Shown: positions 39,751-50,011 of the stretch, one piece after another
Layout of the letters: every line of letters begins with the position of its first letter
Numbering within the stretch: the first letter of the stretch is position 1
IMG/VR virus record: IMGVR_UViG_3300027141_000003
Span: 45,913-109,912 of that record
From: a virus
DNA length: 64,000 nt
Reading direction: 5' to 3' (one strand)
Notes under the pieces: model-generated
What the model was told of the DNA's origin: nothing
The model's input: the letters and a program-made list of their open reading frames with translations, nothing else
Database searches by the model: none
Made by a program: the position numbers and the translations under genes

Positions 39751-40491
39751 CTACATATCCCTTTGTTCGGCAGGCTTAAATCTTTTCCCTTCAACCAAGT
39801 GGTTGTACTCGTAGCTAGCTTCGATTTCTCGATACATTGGAGTATGAGGTGCTTCTTGATAGTCTAACATTGTTACAATTGCATATTTAGTTCCTGATTT
39901 AACTGGCATTGCTGCATGAGAATATATATAAGAAGACGGGAAAAGATATAGGTCTCCAGCTTTAGGTTTTACTGTAACGCCAAGCTTGTCAAAAAATAGC
40001 TCTCCGCCTTCATAATCATCATTGATATACCCTACTGAAGACAATACGCATACGTAAGAATATCCATGATCGGAATGGACATTAAAATGTTGGTTTTTGC
40101 CGTACTTAATAAAATTAAACGACTCCCAATAATTTAACGGAGGAATTTGAAACATTTGCATATAGTCTGCTACTGCCGACATTTGAAGACTTTTTGCTTC
40201 TCTCCAAATTTGCCTTAATTCAATTTCATCTTCAGTAAAATCTTTTGGGTCAACATGAGTTCCATTACCCAGCATTAATGATCCGCCATCGTTTTCTTTA
40301 ATTTTAAAATCCCAAGCATCTCTGTAGTCTTTATTTAATGTATCGTATCCAGTCTGGGCTAGATTCCAATGCTTCTTGCCCTGTGTCTTAGATAGCACTG
40401 ACTCCAGCCTTTGATCTAAATTATATTCTTTTTTAAAAACATCTCTGTATACAACAATTCCAGGATATATTGTTTCTGCATTTGGCAACAT
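39751..40491 (-). CDS. 2OG-Fe(II) dioxygenase, prolyl 4-hydroxylase-like
   Basis: HSD...YINDDYEGGE...FPSSYIYSH...KY. Confidence 0.88.
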   Translation of the reverse strand: MLPNAETIYPGIVVYRDVFKKEYNLDQRLESVLSKTQGKKHWNLAQTGYDTLNKDYRDAWDFKIKENDGGSLMLGNGTHVDPKDFTEDEIELRQIWREAKSLQMSAVADYMQMFQIPPLNYWESFNFIKYGKNQHFNVHSDHGYSYVCVLSSVGYINDDYEGGELFFDKLGVTVKPKAGDLYLFPSSYIYSHAAMPVKSGTKYAIVTMLDYQEAPHTPMYREIEASYEYNHLVEGKRFKPAEQRDM

Positions 40492-41118
40492 TTAATTAAC
40501 CACCTTTTTGTGTTTTCTATCAACATAGTCATCGTATTCTTTTGAATGAGCATCATCATTATAGTCTAACATTGTTACAAAAGAGTACTTCACCCCAGAA
40601 TCCACTGGAAGGGCCACATGAGAATAAATAAAGGAAGACGGGAAAATTATTAAGTCTCCTTCATTAGGCTCTATATGTAAATCGAACTTAGGAAAAAAAA
40701 GACCTCCGCCAGTATAGTCAGAATTAGGATATCCAACTAATGATACGGTAGATTTATAAGACCATCCATCGTCAGCATGCTCTTTAAAAAATTGATTTGG
40801 ATAATACTTTACAACATTTGTCCATTCCCAAAAATCCATTTTAATGCTGTACATTTCACAAAAATCTTCTACTTGATCTTTTTGGCAACTGTATATGTCA
40901 TTGTATATATCTAAATATTCTGGCTTATCGTAAATCTTTAAGTCTTGACAATTTCTATACTCTAAATCTTGATCTTCTAAAGATACCGTTGCAATATCCC
41001 ACTTTAAAATATTATCGTTTACCTTATCTTCAATTCTTTGAATTAAATTTAATTCTTTAGGGAAGGCATTTGGATATTTCCAGATGCCTGGATATAGCTG
41101 TTGTTTGTTATATATCAT
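40492..41118 (-). CDS. 2OG-Fe(II) dioxygenase, prolyl 4-hydroxylase-like (paralog of 39751..40491)
   Basis: HAD...YPNSDYTGG...FPSSFIYSH...KYS..TMLDY. Confidence 0.88.
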   Translation of the reverse strand: MIYNKQQLYPGIWKYPNAFPKELNLIQRIEDKVNDNILKWDIATVSLEDQDLEYRNCQDLKIYDKPEYLDIYNDIYSCQKDQVEDFCEMYSIKMDFWEWTNVVKYYPNQFFKEHADDGWSYKSTVSLVGYPNSDYTGGGLFFPKFDLHIEPNEGDLIIFPSSFIYSHVALPVDSGVKYSFVTMLDYNDDAHSKEYDDYVDRKHKKVVN

Positions 41119-41124
41119 AAATAT

Positions 41125-41153
41125 ATAATATCATTTTAAACAGTCCTAGTCAA
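41125..41153 (-). promoter_or_regulatory. leaderless promoter of the dioxygenase/DUF6065 operon
   Basis: TTGACT-17nt-TATTAT-6nt-ATG (41118). Confidence 0.7.
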
Positions 41154-41157
41154 TAGG

Positions 41158-42750
41158 CTATGCTAGGGTTTTGCAGCCGTTGTAAGCCAGCATTGATTCT
41201 GCTGCTATTAGTCCCCATGGCTCTCTATAAAACAAAAATACCTTGGTTTCTTTTTCAACAACTTCAAGTGATTCAATATTGATAAATTCTTCTATACCAT
41301 CTTTATAAAATACAATTTGATCATTTTCTTTAAGATTTGATGTTGTTGCAAACTGATATCTACCGCCTCTTTTTATTAAAATCTGCTCAACTGTAGACAA
41401 GTCGTTTTTTTCTTCATTGTTTATTCTAATAACAGTAGTATTGGTCTTTTCGTAAATATTAAAGACCGTAGACTCAACATAAGATACGTTGTTCAATGTA
41501 TCTGCTCTCCAGTTCTCTACTAGTTCCAAACAGTTCCTCGTAACTTCGCCTATGCTACAAGCGTCGTCTCCTTCTGGGCTATCGTCAAAGTTTACTGTTA
41601 ACAAAATATCTCCGTTAACGATTTCTTTGGCTTTTTTGTAGCCATTTTTTGTTAAGACATTGGTATCTTCTGGAATACAAAAAGTTGGCGGCGCAAAGAA
41701 TCTAGGTGGAGAAAAGAATCTAGGTGGTGAGAAGAATCCTGGTGGCCCAAAGAATCCTGGTGGCGAGAAGAATCCTGGTGGAGAAAAGAATCTTGGTGGT
41801 GAGAAGAAGCCTGGTGGAGAAAAGAATCTAGGCGGTGAGAAGAATAGGGGAGGTGAGAAAAATAGGGGAGGTGAAAAGAATCTAGGAGGAGCGAAGAATA
41901 GGGGAGGGGCAAAGAATAGAGGTGGAGAAAAGAATCTAGGCGGAGCGAAGAATAGAGGTGGGCTGAAGAATAATGGTGGGCTGAAGAATAATGGTGGGGA
42001 GAAGAATAATGGTGGGGAGAAGAATCTTGGCGGGGCAAAAAAATCAGGTGGGGCAAAGAATAGAGGTGGTGAAAAGAATGTAGGAGGGGAAAAGAATGTT
42101 GTAATTTGATTTGAGGATCTTGGCAAAGACGTTCCATTTGCATTTACTGCAACTACAGAATAAGTTTGAACTGTTCCCATTGTTTCTCTAATGTTAATAG
42201 TTGTTGTTGTACCAGTAACTTCATAAGGAGAAGCTAATCCTCCTGGCTGAGCCGCCGTATCGGTAGATGTAATAATATATTTTGTTAAAGGCTTTCCACC
42301 AGAAGTTGATGCAGACCAAGAAACAACATCCTGACCTCTTAGGTCTTCTGTTGTGTGTCCTGGTCCAGTTGTACTAGAAACTGCAGTTACTGATGCTGGA
42401 GCAGCAGGTATGGTTGTAAATAAAACAGGAGAAGAGGCGGTTGATGCATCTGATTGTCCATTTGCGTTGGTTGCCTTTACAGTTGCCGTTCCTGTTGCAC
42501 CTTGTGGAATACCAACAATTGTAATTGGAGAAGATGCTCCAATATCCGAAAATGTTCCTTGATCAGTTACTAAAGTAGCGGTGTAGCTTACAATTGGTAG
42601 CTGGTTTGGTGGATACTCAAAAGAGATTATAGCTGAAGCATTGTTAAAAGGCCTGTTTGTTCCAACGTCTGTTACAACAACATTTATAGGTGGTATGGGA
42701 AGTTCAAAGTCTCCAGAGAGCTGAGATTTTCTACCAACTTTTTTACCCAT
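41158..42750 (-). CDS. Fn3-Fn3-(FF[SAG]PPx)23-Hint domain protein
   Basis: Two Fn3-like domains (VKATNANGQS, VVAVNANGTS), 23 hexapeptide repeats (aa 219-356), and a Hint/intein-like domain from Cys358 (CIPEDTNVLTKNG...GD) to Asn524 (MLAYN). Confidence 0.85.
   Translation of the reverse strand: MGKKVGRKSQLSGDFELPIPPINVVVTDVGTNRPFNNASAIISFEYPPNQLPIVSYTATLVTDQGTFSDIGASSPITIVGIPQGATGTATVKATNANGQSDASTASSPVLFTTIPAAPASVTAVSSTTGPGHTTEDLRGQDVVSWSASTSGGKPLTKYIITSTDTAAQPGGLASPYEVTGTTTTINIRETMGTVQTYSVVAVNANGTSLPRSSNQITTFFSPPTFFSPPLFFAPPDFFAPPRFFSPPLFFSPPLFFSPPLFFSPPLFFAPPRFFSPPLFFAPPLFFAPPRFFSPPLFFSPPLFFSPPRFFSPPGFFSPPRFFSPPGFFSPPGFFGPPGFFSPPRFFSPPRFFAPPTFCIPEDTNVLTKNGYKKAKEIVNGDILLTVNFDDSPEGDDACSIGEVTRNCLELVENWRADTLNNVSYVESTVFNIYEKTNTTVIRINNEEKNDLSTVEQILIKRGGRYQFATTSNLKENDQIVFYKDGIEEFINIESLEVVEKETKVFLFYREPWGLIAAESMLAYNGCKTLA
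41683..42096 (-). repeat. 23 x 18-bp coding tandem repeat (FF[S/A/G]PP[L/R/G/T/D])
   Basis: Counted directly; codons are synonymously diverged between copies. Confidence 0.95.
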
Positions 42751-42763
42751 TTAATTGCCTTTC

Positions 42764-43264
42764 TTAAACAGTTAAGTCACCAAATAGAAGCCAGGTGTTG
42801 GCGTCTCGTTTTAATAGTGTTGCCATTGACCACTGGAATCTTAATTTGTTGCCTGGAGTGTAATTTAAAACTACACCTGCGCCAGCCACAACGGTTGTTT
42901 GGCCTGTTCCAGATTGCAAAATATCTAAAGTTGTTCCTACGGGGAAATTTACAACAGAGTCTGCTGGTATTGTAAAATTATTTGCAACTTGCATTCTAAT
43001 GTCTACAATTGTATCTCTTTGATTTAAGTTATTAAGCGTATGCGGGAAATAATAAGTATTAATTGGGGTTAAAGATTGTACGGCTGTTTTGCTCTGAATT
43101 CCATCTTGAAATACTACAGTTCCGCCTGCAAGATTTAAAGTGCCAGCCAAATTAACTGTTCCAGCTAAGGTTGTTGTTCCTTGAAATCCAGCTCTGTCAT
43201 TCACTGATAAGGACTTGACTTGCAAGTCCTCATCAGTATTGAATTTACCTTTATTGAGGGCCAT
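42764..43264 (-). CDS. small virion fibre/adaptor protein
   Basis: C-terminal TIPADSVVNFPVGT...Q.GTGQ...W.LFGDL domain typical of fibre C-termini. Confidence 0.65.
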   Translation of the reverse strand: MALNKGKFNTDEDLQVKSLSVNDRAGFQGTTTLAGTVNLAGTLNLAGGTVVFQDGIQSKTAVQSLTPINTYYFPHTLNNLNQRDTIVDIRMQVANNFTIPADSVVNFPVGTTLDILQSGTGQTTVVAGAGVVLNYTPGNKLRFQWSMATLLKRDANTWLLFGDLTV

Positions 43265-43273
43265 GGCTTTACC

Positions 43274-46200
43274 TTATGCCTGGGCTTCTGTCCAAGATAG
43301 TCTTCCGAACACAGATGCTGTTGATGTTCCAATATTTTGAACAACGATTGTCAAAACATCTGGTCCGTCAGGATAAATTCCAACGTTAGAGGTTGTTCCT
43401 CCACCACCCAAGATTGAGTTTCCTAAATCACGAACATTTGATAGGTCGATTGAGTTTGCTCCAGATCCTAAGAAGAATCCTGCTGTAACTTCACCACCTG
43501 TAACTGTTGTAGATCCACCAGAGTAATCTGAGATCTGAGATAGTGATGAGTTAGCAATACCTGCTACGTTACCAACTGCGTTTGTCCAAGTAGTTGCGGA
43601 GCTTGAAACTCCATTCAAAATTGCTGTAACAAGTAGGTTTGCTGCGCCCGAAGCCGTAGTAGCAGTTACATCAAGAGCCTTTAGGGCTAGCTGCATTCTG
43701 TTAATAAGTTCACGTTGTCCAAATGCTGCGGCAATACCGTTATCAACTGAAGGAGCAAGTCTTATTGCAAAGAGCGCTCTGCTTTGTCCTGATGCTACAG
43801 AAGTTGAAGTTCTTTGTCCGTAAGTAAACACGAGGGATTTATCTTCATCAAATCCGCCGTCCATAATTACTGAAGTTCCCCAGTGTGATATAGAAGCTGC
43901 AAAGCTTGGGTAAGCTAGCTCTACCATTGTTGGTGACACTGGATCTAATGTAAATAGTTGAGCGCTTGTAGCTCCCATAGGGACTGCAATGACTCCTGTT
44001 GGGTTTGCCGATAGTGCTGCAAAGCTAGTCTTGAGTGTTAGTCCATTTATAGAGTGAATAAATGTGCCTTCTGGGTAAGCTGCGCTAATTAATCTCATAC
44101 CAGCTTGTAGATTAGCCACGCTAGAAACTGTTCCTTCAGAAGAACCAACAGCTTGAGTTATGCTTAAGTTAGCTTCTCCTGCTCTACCTCTTGTAAGACC
44201 AGTAAATGATGTATCTGATTTTGCAGAGTAATTTACATACTCTACAGCAGATTCATTTTTAATTGCTAGAGTTCCAGCTTGTGGGAATCCTGCTGTTGAC
44301 CTTACATTTAGAGCTAAGTCTGTTGTCAAAACAGTTTGAGTTGTTGCTGTGTATGCTGGAGTAGTTGAAGATTCATAGCGTCCTGGAAGGTTTCCGCTTC
44401 GCATATATGCTTCTGTGTTAACGTTATTGTTAGGCATCTTGTGGCAATAAACAACGTCACCCTTTGGGCCTCTTACTCCCCATCTTACGAAACCTGCACC
44501 ATACCATGTGTAGTCAATATAGAACATCTGCATCTTTGAAAGATCGATATTATATTGGGATGGTCCTGTTCCATCTAGCTTGTCCATATTAAATTCGGAC
44601 TGTTTAATTCTAGTTTCTTGTGTTTTCGATATAATTGCAAATGATGTCGATGCGCCTCTGTAAGCAGGGCTAATAGTCATAGATGCATCAGTTCCAATTC
44701 CAACTACCTTATAGGATTGTCCTCTAATTACAACGTAATCTCCTGGTATTAGCTGCTTTCCAAACGCAGTTGGGAAGTAAGCATCTGACTGAGTAACTGT
44801 TGCTGAGTTTTGAGTAACGCTTACTTTACCAGAAAGCTGGAAAGTTGAATTTCTTTTAACTGCAGATAAATTTTGACCGTCATACTCCCAGAATAATCCA
44901 TTTTGATTGTCAAACATTCCTAGTCTGTTTTGGCATCCATACCAAGACTCTACAGATACAAAGAATGCTCCTGTAGCAAGTGAGGATGATGGGGTAGCTG
45001 GGGCTTCATAAGTAAACTTATCGTCTGAAAGAACATTTACAATTGCAAATGATCCATTGTATGCGGCTTGATCACATCCACCAACTTTTACTATTGTTCC
45101 TGGTTGCAGATTGTGTTTTTCTTTTGTTTGAACTGTTACTATAAGACCAACGCTTGAAATACTTTCAACTCCTGCGTATGGCTTTAAAATTGTACCAGAT
45201 GATACCTGAAGTCCTTTACCAGATTGATATCTAAAATATCTTCTAGTCTGTCTAATACATGATGCGTAGTTTGATGAAGCATTTGTGCCAAAGAGCACTC
45301 CTCCATCATTTGGTCTATGAGCAAAAGTAGATTGAGGTCTTACGTAAATTACCATTGGGCCTGCAAGAGTTCCCGTTGGGGCCGCATCTGCATAGTAAGA
45401 AAATGTTGATGGGCCAGTAATTTGAGCAACTTCCTGATTTCCATTTGGAGGATTAGTTGATGCTGTAGATCCTAGCACAACAATTTCATTTCCAAGAGCA
45501 AGTCCGTGAGGAACTTGTGTTGTTACAGTTATCTTTCTTCCACTATATGTAAATGATGTTGGAAGGCCACCAATTGATGCTCCAGTAAAAAGATCTCCCT
45601 GGGTAATAAGAGTTTTATTAGGATCAAATATAGCTGTTATACCAGTTCTATTTACTGCGCTTGCAGCGTATGTAAATGTTGTGGTTCCACCGCCAGATTC
45701 AATCACAAAGTTTCCATTTGCAGCGGTTAAGTATGTGTCAACTACGCTAATTGGAGTTCCGTTTGCTGGGGCTGCGCCTGATGATAGGGTTACTGAAACT
45801 GTTCTTCCTAAAGCAGCGTATGTAATTGAAGAAATATTAGCAATAGGGGTTGGTCGGGCAAAAGAAAATGGCTTGTTGTTATATAGCCCTAGATTTTCCC
45901 ATTTTGTTTGCTGAATACCATATTCAAAGTCGGTGTCAATGAGTGCTTTAGGCTGAGTTACTCTTAGCTTATTTGTTGTATCCAGCAAAGTTTCTGCTGG
46001 CATAAATGTTTCGTTGGCATCATCAATTGTGATTTGGATCTTATCGTTAGAAGACATCGATGCAGTGTTGTATTCTAGAACAAGTGTCGTGTTCTCTACC
46101 ATTGCGGTGCTTGTGCTTGTATTGTATGCAGTACATCCTAAGCTAGGATCTGAGAAGTTATAAATAACCTGATTTGTTGTTACGTTTGTAATCAACAGCA

Positions 46201-46291
46201 GTCTTTCTCTCAAAATTGTCTTTGGAATTGAGATCGTTCTCGTTGAAGGTGTAAATGTGTAGCTTGTCTCTAGTAATACTTTTCTTGCCAT
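43274..46291 (-). CDS. large virion structural protein (fibre/baseplate-like)
   Basis: 1005 aa; YTFTPS...LLLITNVT...IYNFSDP, IDTDFEYG, RQTRRYFRYQSGK and WTEAQA motifs seen in aquatic phage structural proteins. Confidence 0.7.
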   Translation of the reverse strand: MARKVLLETSYTFTPSTRTISIPKTILRERLLLITNVTTNQVIYNFSDPSLGCTAYNTSTSTAMVENTTLVLEYNTASMSSNDKIQITIDDANETFMPAETLLDTTNKLRVTQPKALIDTDFEYGIQQTKWENLGLYNNKPFSFARPTPIANISSITYAALGRTVSVTLSSGAAPANGTPISVVDTYLTAANGNFVIESGGGTTTFTYAASAVNRTGITAIFDPNKTLITQGDLFTGASIGGLPTSFTYSGRKITVTTQVPHGLALGNEIVVLGSTASTNPPNGNQEVAQITGPSTFSYYADAAPTGTLAGPMVIYVRPQSTFAHRPNDGGVLFGTNASSNYASCIRQTRRYFRYQSGKGLQVSSGTILKPYAGVESISSVGLIVTVQTKEKHNLQPGTIVKVGGCDQAAYNGSFAIVNVLSDDKFTYEAPATPSSSLATGAFFVSVESWYGCQNRLGMFDNQNGLFWEYDGQNLSAVKRNSTFQLSGKVSVTQNSATVTQSDAYFPTAFGKQLIPGDYVVIRGQSYKVVGIGTDASMTISPAYRGASTSFAIISKTQETRIKQSEFNMDKLDGTGPSQYNIDLSKMQMFYIDYTWYGAGFVRWGVRGPKGDVVYCHKMPNNNVNTEAYMRSGNLPGRYESSTTPAYTATTQTVLTTDLALNVRSTAGFPQAGTLAIKNESAVEYVNYSAKSDTSFTGLTRGRAGEANLSITQAVGSSEGTVSSVANLQAGMRLISAAYPEGTFIHSINGLTLKTSFAALSANPTGVIAVPMGATSAQLFTLDPVSPTMVELAYPSFAASISHWGTSVIMDGGFDEDKSLVFTYGQRTSTSVASGQSRALFAIRLAPSVDNGIAAAFGQRELINRMQLALKALDVTATTASGAANLLVTAILNGVSSSATTWTNAVGNVAGIANSSLSQISDYSGGSTTVTGGEVTAGFFLGSGANSIDLSNVRDLGNSILGGGGTTSNVGIYPDGPDVLTIVVQNIGTSTASVFGRLSWTEAQA

Positions 46292-46295
46292 ATTC

Positions 46296-49200
46296 TTATT
46301 CTCCTAAGTGTATATCCACTGCCCTAAATGGATAAAGTGATTTTTTAGCTGTCTGATTATTCGGGCCCGACATGTATCTTGCTTCAAACTTGGATCCTAC
46401 TGGAACTGGTTCTCCAAACTGTACGAATCCATCATTATCAAATAAATACCCCTCGGACTGAATTGGACTTAGCCAATGAGTGCTTTGGTTTCCCAATACT
46501 TGTAGTATACCATTAATTGTTATTAAAAGCTTGTATGGGTTTGTTGGGGTAAAATTTGAACCATCATATTTTAATTGGAATCTTGATTCAGACCCGTCGA
46601 ATTCATCAGAAATATCGTCTATAGGTAATATATCAGATCCAACGGCATCAGAAAGAGCTGCGGTTACGTATGCCCTGTTTACAGCATGCCCATCTTCTGT
46701 AGGAGCTACTACAGATATAGGGGCTGTGCCAAAATTGACACCAGTAATAGTAGGACTTGTTAGTGTTTTATTTGTAAGCGTTTGTGTACCAGTAAGAGTT
46801 ACCACCCCTGGTAAATTATTTGTTAAAGGATCAATTGTTTTGTTAGTAAGAGTTTGGGTTCCAGTTAATGTGGCTATACCAACAAGTGTGTTGCTTGCGG
46901 AACTAATTGTTTTATTAGTAAGTTCCTCAGTGCTATTTGGAAGTACTACTCCAACCAATTGGTTATTTGTGACATTAATTGTTTTATTAGTAAGAGTTTC
47001 AGTGCCAGTAAGAGATACAAAATCATCATCAGTTAGTGCAGTATTAAATTGAGCAAGTGTACCTGTCAATGTATTGCTAGCTAGACTTATACTTTTATTG
47101 GTGACTAAGTCAGTGCTATCTGGAAGGAGTACTCCAACAAATGTGTTGTTGCTTGCGCTTATTGTTTTGTTGGTTAAAGTCTGGACATTTGCTTGTCCAA
47201 CAATCGCACCTGATGCACCGTGGGCTTGTGTTAGGGAAGCGTGTCCCGTGACCTCTGCTGATGCAGCTGATGCTGTAATTGCTGCTACATCTTTAACAAA
47301 TTCAGTTGTTGCAATTTTATTGCTATCGTCAGTTGATGCTTGAGTTACAGCTTGAGTTGCAGATGGAAGAATAACAGTCCCAGTAAATGTTGGTGCATCT
47401 AATGTAGCTTTAAGTCCTAGATCTGTAGTTAATCCTGATATCTTAGACTGTGCAATTGCTGCTGTTGCAGAAACATCTGCATCTACAATTGTTCCATCAA
47501 GAATCATAGCTGAAGTTACTGTTCCTGTTGGAAGAGTTACTGTTCCAGTAAATGTTGGAGAAGCAAGTGGCGCTTTAGTTCCTACTAGTGTAGTTAGAGC
47601 AGCAGAAGCTGTATCATCTGCAACCATTAAATCTTGTAATTCTTTTAATGTGTCATATGCTGCTCCTGCACCATTAGTTAGATCTGATACTACAGACTTA
47701 ACATATGCGGTTGTTGCAACCTGTGTTGTATTTGTTGAAGAAGCTGCTGTTGGCGCCGTTGGAATTCCAGTTAATGCTGGAGAAGCAAGTGGGGCCTTAA
47801 AATCAAGTGCTGTCTGAGTGGCAGTTGAAATGGGCTTGGCAGCATCTGTTGTGTTGTCTACGTTTGCTAAACCAACATCAGACTTAGTTATACCAGTTGG
47901 GGTATTAATTGTTGGCGAATTTAAAGTTTTGTTAGTTAAGGTTTGAGTACCAGTTAAAGTGGCTGCTCCAGTAATCGTATTGCTTGCAGTATCAATTGTT
48001 TTGTTTGTAATAATCTGAGTGCCAGTTAAAGTGGCTACAGTTGGGTCAATCTCTAAGGTTATTGTGTTATTTGTTACTGCAGAAGTAATTCCTGTTCCAC
48101 CTGCAACGGTTACAGTATCTGTTAACAAACTTACTGTATCTGTTCCAGTGTCTCCAGCTATAGAAAGAGCGGTTGCAAGGGCAGCTGTTGAGGCCGCTGT
48201 TAGACGTCCCTGTGCATCTACTGTAAATGTAGGAATTGCAGTTGAAGATCCATATGAACCCGCTGTTACCGCTGTATTGTCAAGATCTATTGTAATGGTA
48301 TTTGCTACGTCATCGTATGTTTTTGTAAGAGCAACTCCTGCAACAATTGCTGTATTTACTGCATCTTGTGCTAGCTCTGTGATTGCAGAAGAATCTGCCT
48401 TGAGGTTTAAAGCTGTTTGGGTAGCTGTAGATACAGGCTTATTTGCGTCTGACGTGTTATCAACATTTGCAAGCCCTACATCAGATTTTGTAATCCCAGT
48501 TGGGGTGTTAATAACTGGAGATGTTAAAGTTTTATTAGTAAGAGTTTCTGTTCCTGCAAGTGTCGCAAGATCTGCGTCAGTAACTGATGTATTGAATTGT
48601 GCAATTGTTCCTGATACTGTATTTGAGCCAAGATCAACTGTCTTATTTGTAAGAGTTTCTGTGGCATTTTTTAATAGAGTACCGTTTAAATATAGAGACT
48701 TTCCTGAAGCAAGGTCTATGTTTTCTGATGAAGTCCATGCGTCTGTAGCGTCTACCCAGTTAAGTGTCTTATCTGTTGTACCCTTTAATGTTATACCGCC
48801 ACCATTAGCGGTTGCATCTGTTGGAGTTGCTGTATCTCCAAGGACAATATTCTTGTCTTCAACCACAAGATTAGTTGAGTTAAGATTTGTCGTAGTTCCA
48901 TTTACAGTCAAGTCGCCAGATATTGTTAAATTAACCGCAGTGGCTGTTCCTGTTAATGCTGGTGAGGCTAGTGGAGCCTTGAGATCAAGGGCGGTCTGAG
49001 CTGCAGTTGATATTGGCTTTAGTGCGTCAGTTGTATTGTCAACATTTGAAAGACCAACATCGCTTTTTGTAATTCCAGTTGGTGTATTAATTGTTGGAGA
49101 TGTAAGGGTTTTATTTGTAAGTGTCTGTGTGTTGGTTGTACCAACTACGGCGCCTGTTGCGCCATGTGCTGCTGTAAGATCTGTGTGTGCTGTAATATCT

Positions 49201-49592
49201 GAAGTAAGTGCTACTGTTCCAGAACTATTTGGGATTGTGATTGTTCTATTAGCTGTTGGTTGTGTAGCCGTTAATGTTGTTGTAAAGTTATAGGCATCGT
49301 CATTCCAAAGAATAACTGAGTTTTCTGGGATAATTAAGTCGCCGTTCGCATCAAGTTCTGCTGGTCCTCCAGGATTTCCTTGATCGGATACGAGTATATA
49401 GTTTCCAAGGCTGTTAGTTAGTCCAGAAGGAGTAACGTTTGCATATCCAGAAGTAGCATTCCATGCTGAGCCGTTACCAATTTTAAATTTAAGGGTATCT
49501 GTTTCAATACCAATTTCACCTGCTCGTAATGTTGGGTTTACTGAAGTCCAATTTGCTGCTGTGTCTCTGCGTAATTGAATTCTAATTGCCAT
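46296..49592 (-). CDS. long fibre protein with Mtd-N-like N-terminus
   Basis: [11 protein letters not shown]...[16 protein letters not shown] (Mtd_N/hyaluronidase-N type); many T(Q/E)TLTNKT repeats and three KSDVGLxNVDNT repeats. Confidence 0.82.
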   Translation of the reverse strand: MAIRIQLRRDTAANWTSVNPTLRAGEIGIETDTLKFKIGNGSAWNATSGYANVTPSGLTNSLGNYILVSDQGNPGGPAELDANGDLIIPENSVILWNDDAYNFTTTLTATQPTANRTITIPNSSGTVALTSDITAHTDLTAAHGATGAVVGTTNTQTLTNKTLTSPTINTPTGITKSDVGLSNVDNTTDALKPISTAAQTALDLKAPLASPALTGTATAVNLTISGDLTVNGTTTNLNSTNLVVEDKNIVLGDTATPTDATANGGGITLKGTTDKTLNWVDATDAWTSSENIDLASGKSLYLNGTLLKNATETLTNKTVDLGSNTVSGTIAQFNTSVTDADLATLAGTETLTNKTLTSPVINTPTGITKSDVGLANVDNTSDANKPVSTATQTALNLKADSSAITELAQDAVNTAIVAGVALTKTYDDVANTITIDLDNTAVTAGSYGSSTAIPTFTVDAQGRLTAASTAALATALSIAGDTGTDTVSLLTDTVTVAGGTGITSAVTNNTITLEIDPTVATLTGTQIITNKTIDTASNTITGAATLTGTQTLTNKTLNSPTINTPTGITKSDVGLANVDNTTDAAKPISTATQTALDFKAPLASPALTGIPTAPTAASSTNTTQVATTAYVKSVVSDLTNGAGAAYDTLKELQDLMVADDTASAALTTLVGTKAPLASPTFTGTVTLPTGTVTSAMILDGTIVDADVSATAAIAQSKISGLTTDLGLKATLDAPTFTGTVILPSATQAVTQASTDDSNKIATTEFVKDVAAITASAASAEVTGHASLTQAHGASGAIVGQANVQTLTNKTISASNNTFVGVLLPDSTDLVTNKSISLASNTLTGTLAQFNTALTDDDFVSLTGTETLTNKTINVTNNQLVGVVLPNSTEELTNKTISSASNTLVGIATLTGTQTLTNKTIDPLTNNLPGVVTLTGTQTLTNKTLTSPTITGVNFGTAPISVVAPTEDGHAVNRAYVTAALSDAVGSDILPIDDISDEFDGSESRFQLKYDGSNFTPTNPYKLLITINGILQVLGNQSTHWLSPIQSEGYLFDNDGFVQFGEPVPVGSKFEARYMSGPNNQTAKKSLYPFRAVDIHLGE

Positions 49593-50008
49593 TATGCACC
49601 ACCTCCGTCAATATAATCACCTAGAAAATTTGAACTATTACTTCCTGAATTTGCAAAAATTCTAGAGTCATCGACATACTCTCCATAATTTACGTCTTCT
49701 ACTATACCACTTGATACGTTGTGGGTGTGCTCCAAAATTTCTTTTGGTCCCGCAACATCATACCAAGCTTGTCCATTGTAGCCTTTAAATGTATTTTCTG
49801 ATGTATCAAAATAAAGTTGCCCTAAATCTGGATTAGCTGGTGGTCCTGATAATACTGAAACTCCTGTAGAAACATTTTCCCAAGCCGTACCAGAATAAAA
49901 CTTTAGCTTTCCAGTTACACTATTATAGTAAATAGCTCCAGCTATTCCTACAGATGGATCTGCAGTAAGCGCTGGTGGTGCTATAGGCGTTAAGAATTTT
50001 TTTGTCAT
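49592..50008 (-). CDS. small fibre-module protein
   Basis: Two P..G.(I/L)Y(Y/F).......Y.G..W repeats. Confidence 0.7.
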   Translation of the reverse strand: MTKKFLTPIAPPALTADPSVGIAGAIYYNSVTGKLKFYSGTAWENVSTGVSVLSGPPANPDLGQLYFDTSENTFKGYNGQAWYDVAGPKEILEHTHNVSSGIVEDVNYGEYVDDSRIFANSGSNSSNFLGDYIDGGGA

Positions 50009-50011
50009 ACT

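Noticed and set aside
41179-41679. Classical mobile intein
   Set aside because: No homing endonuclease, host protein is not a conserved enzyme, the +1 residue is Gly and the C-extein is only 6 aa; treated as a stand-alone Hint domain.
41683-42096. Possible CRISPR array or DGR repeat
   Set aside because: Units are contiguous 18-mers without unique spacers; no cas or reverse transcriptase gene in the window.
41652-42143. Alternative-frame ORFs over the repeat (41652..42143 minus, His-rich; 41660..42109 plus, GGEKN repeats)
   Set aside because: Shadows of the FFxPPx repeat: variation falls on third codon positions of the 530-aa frame, and neither has a promoter or RBS.
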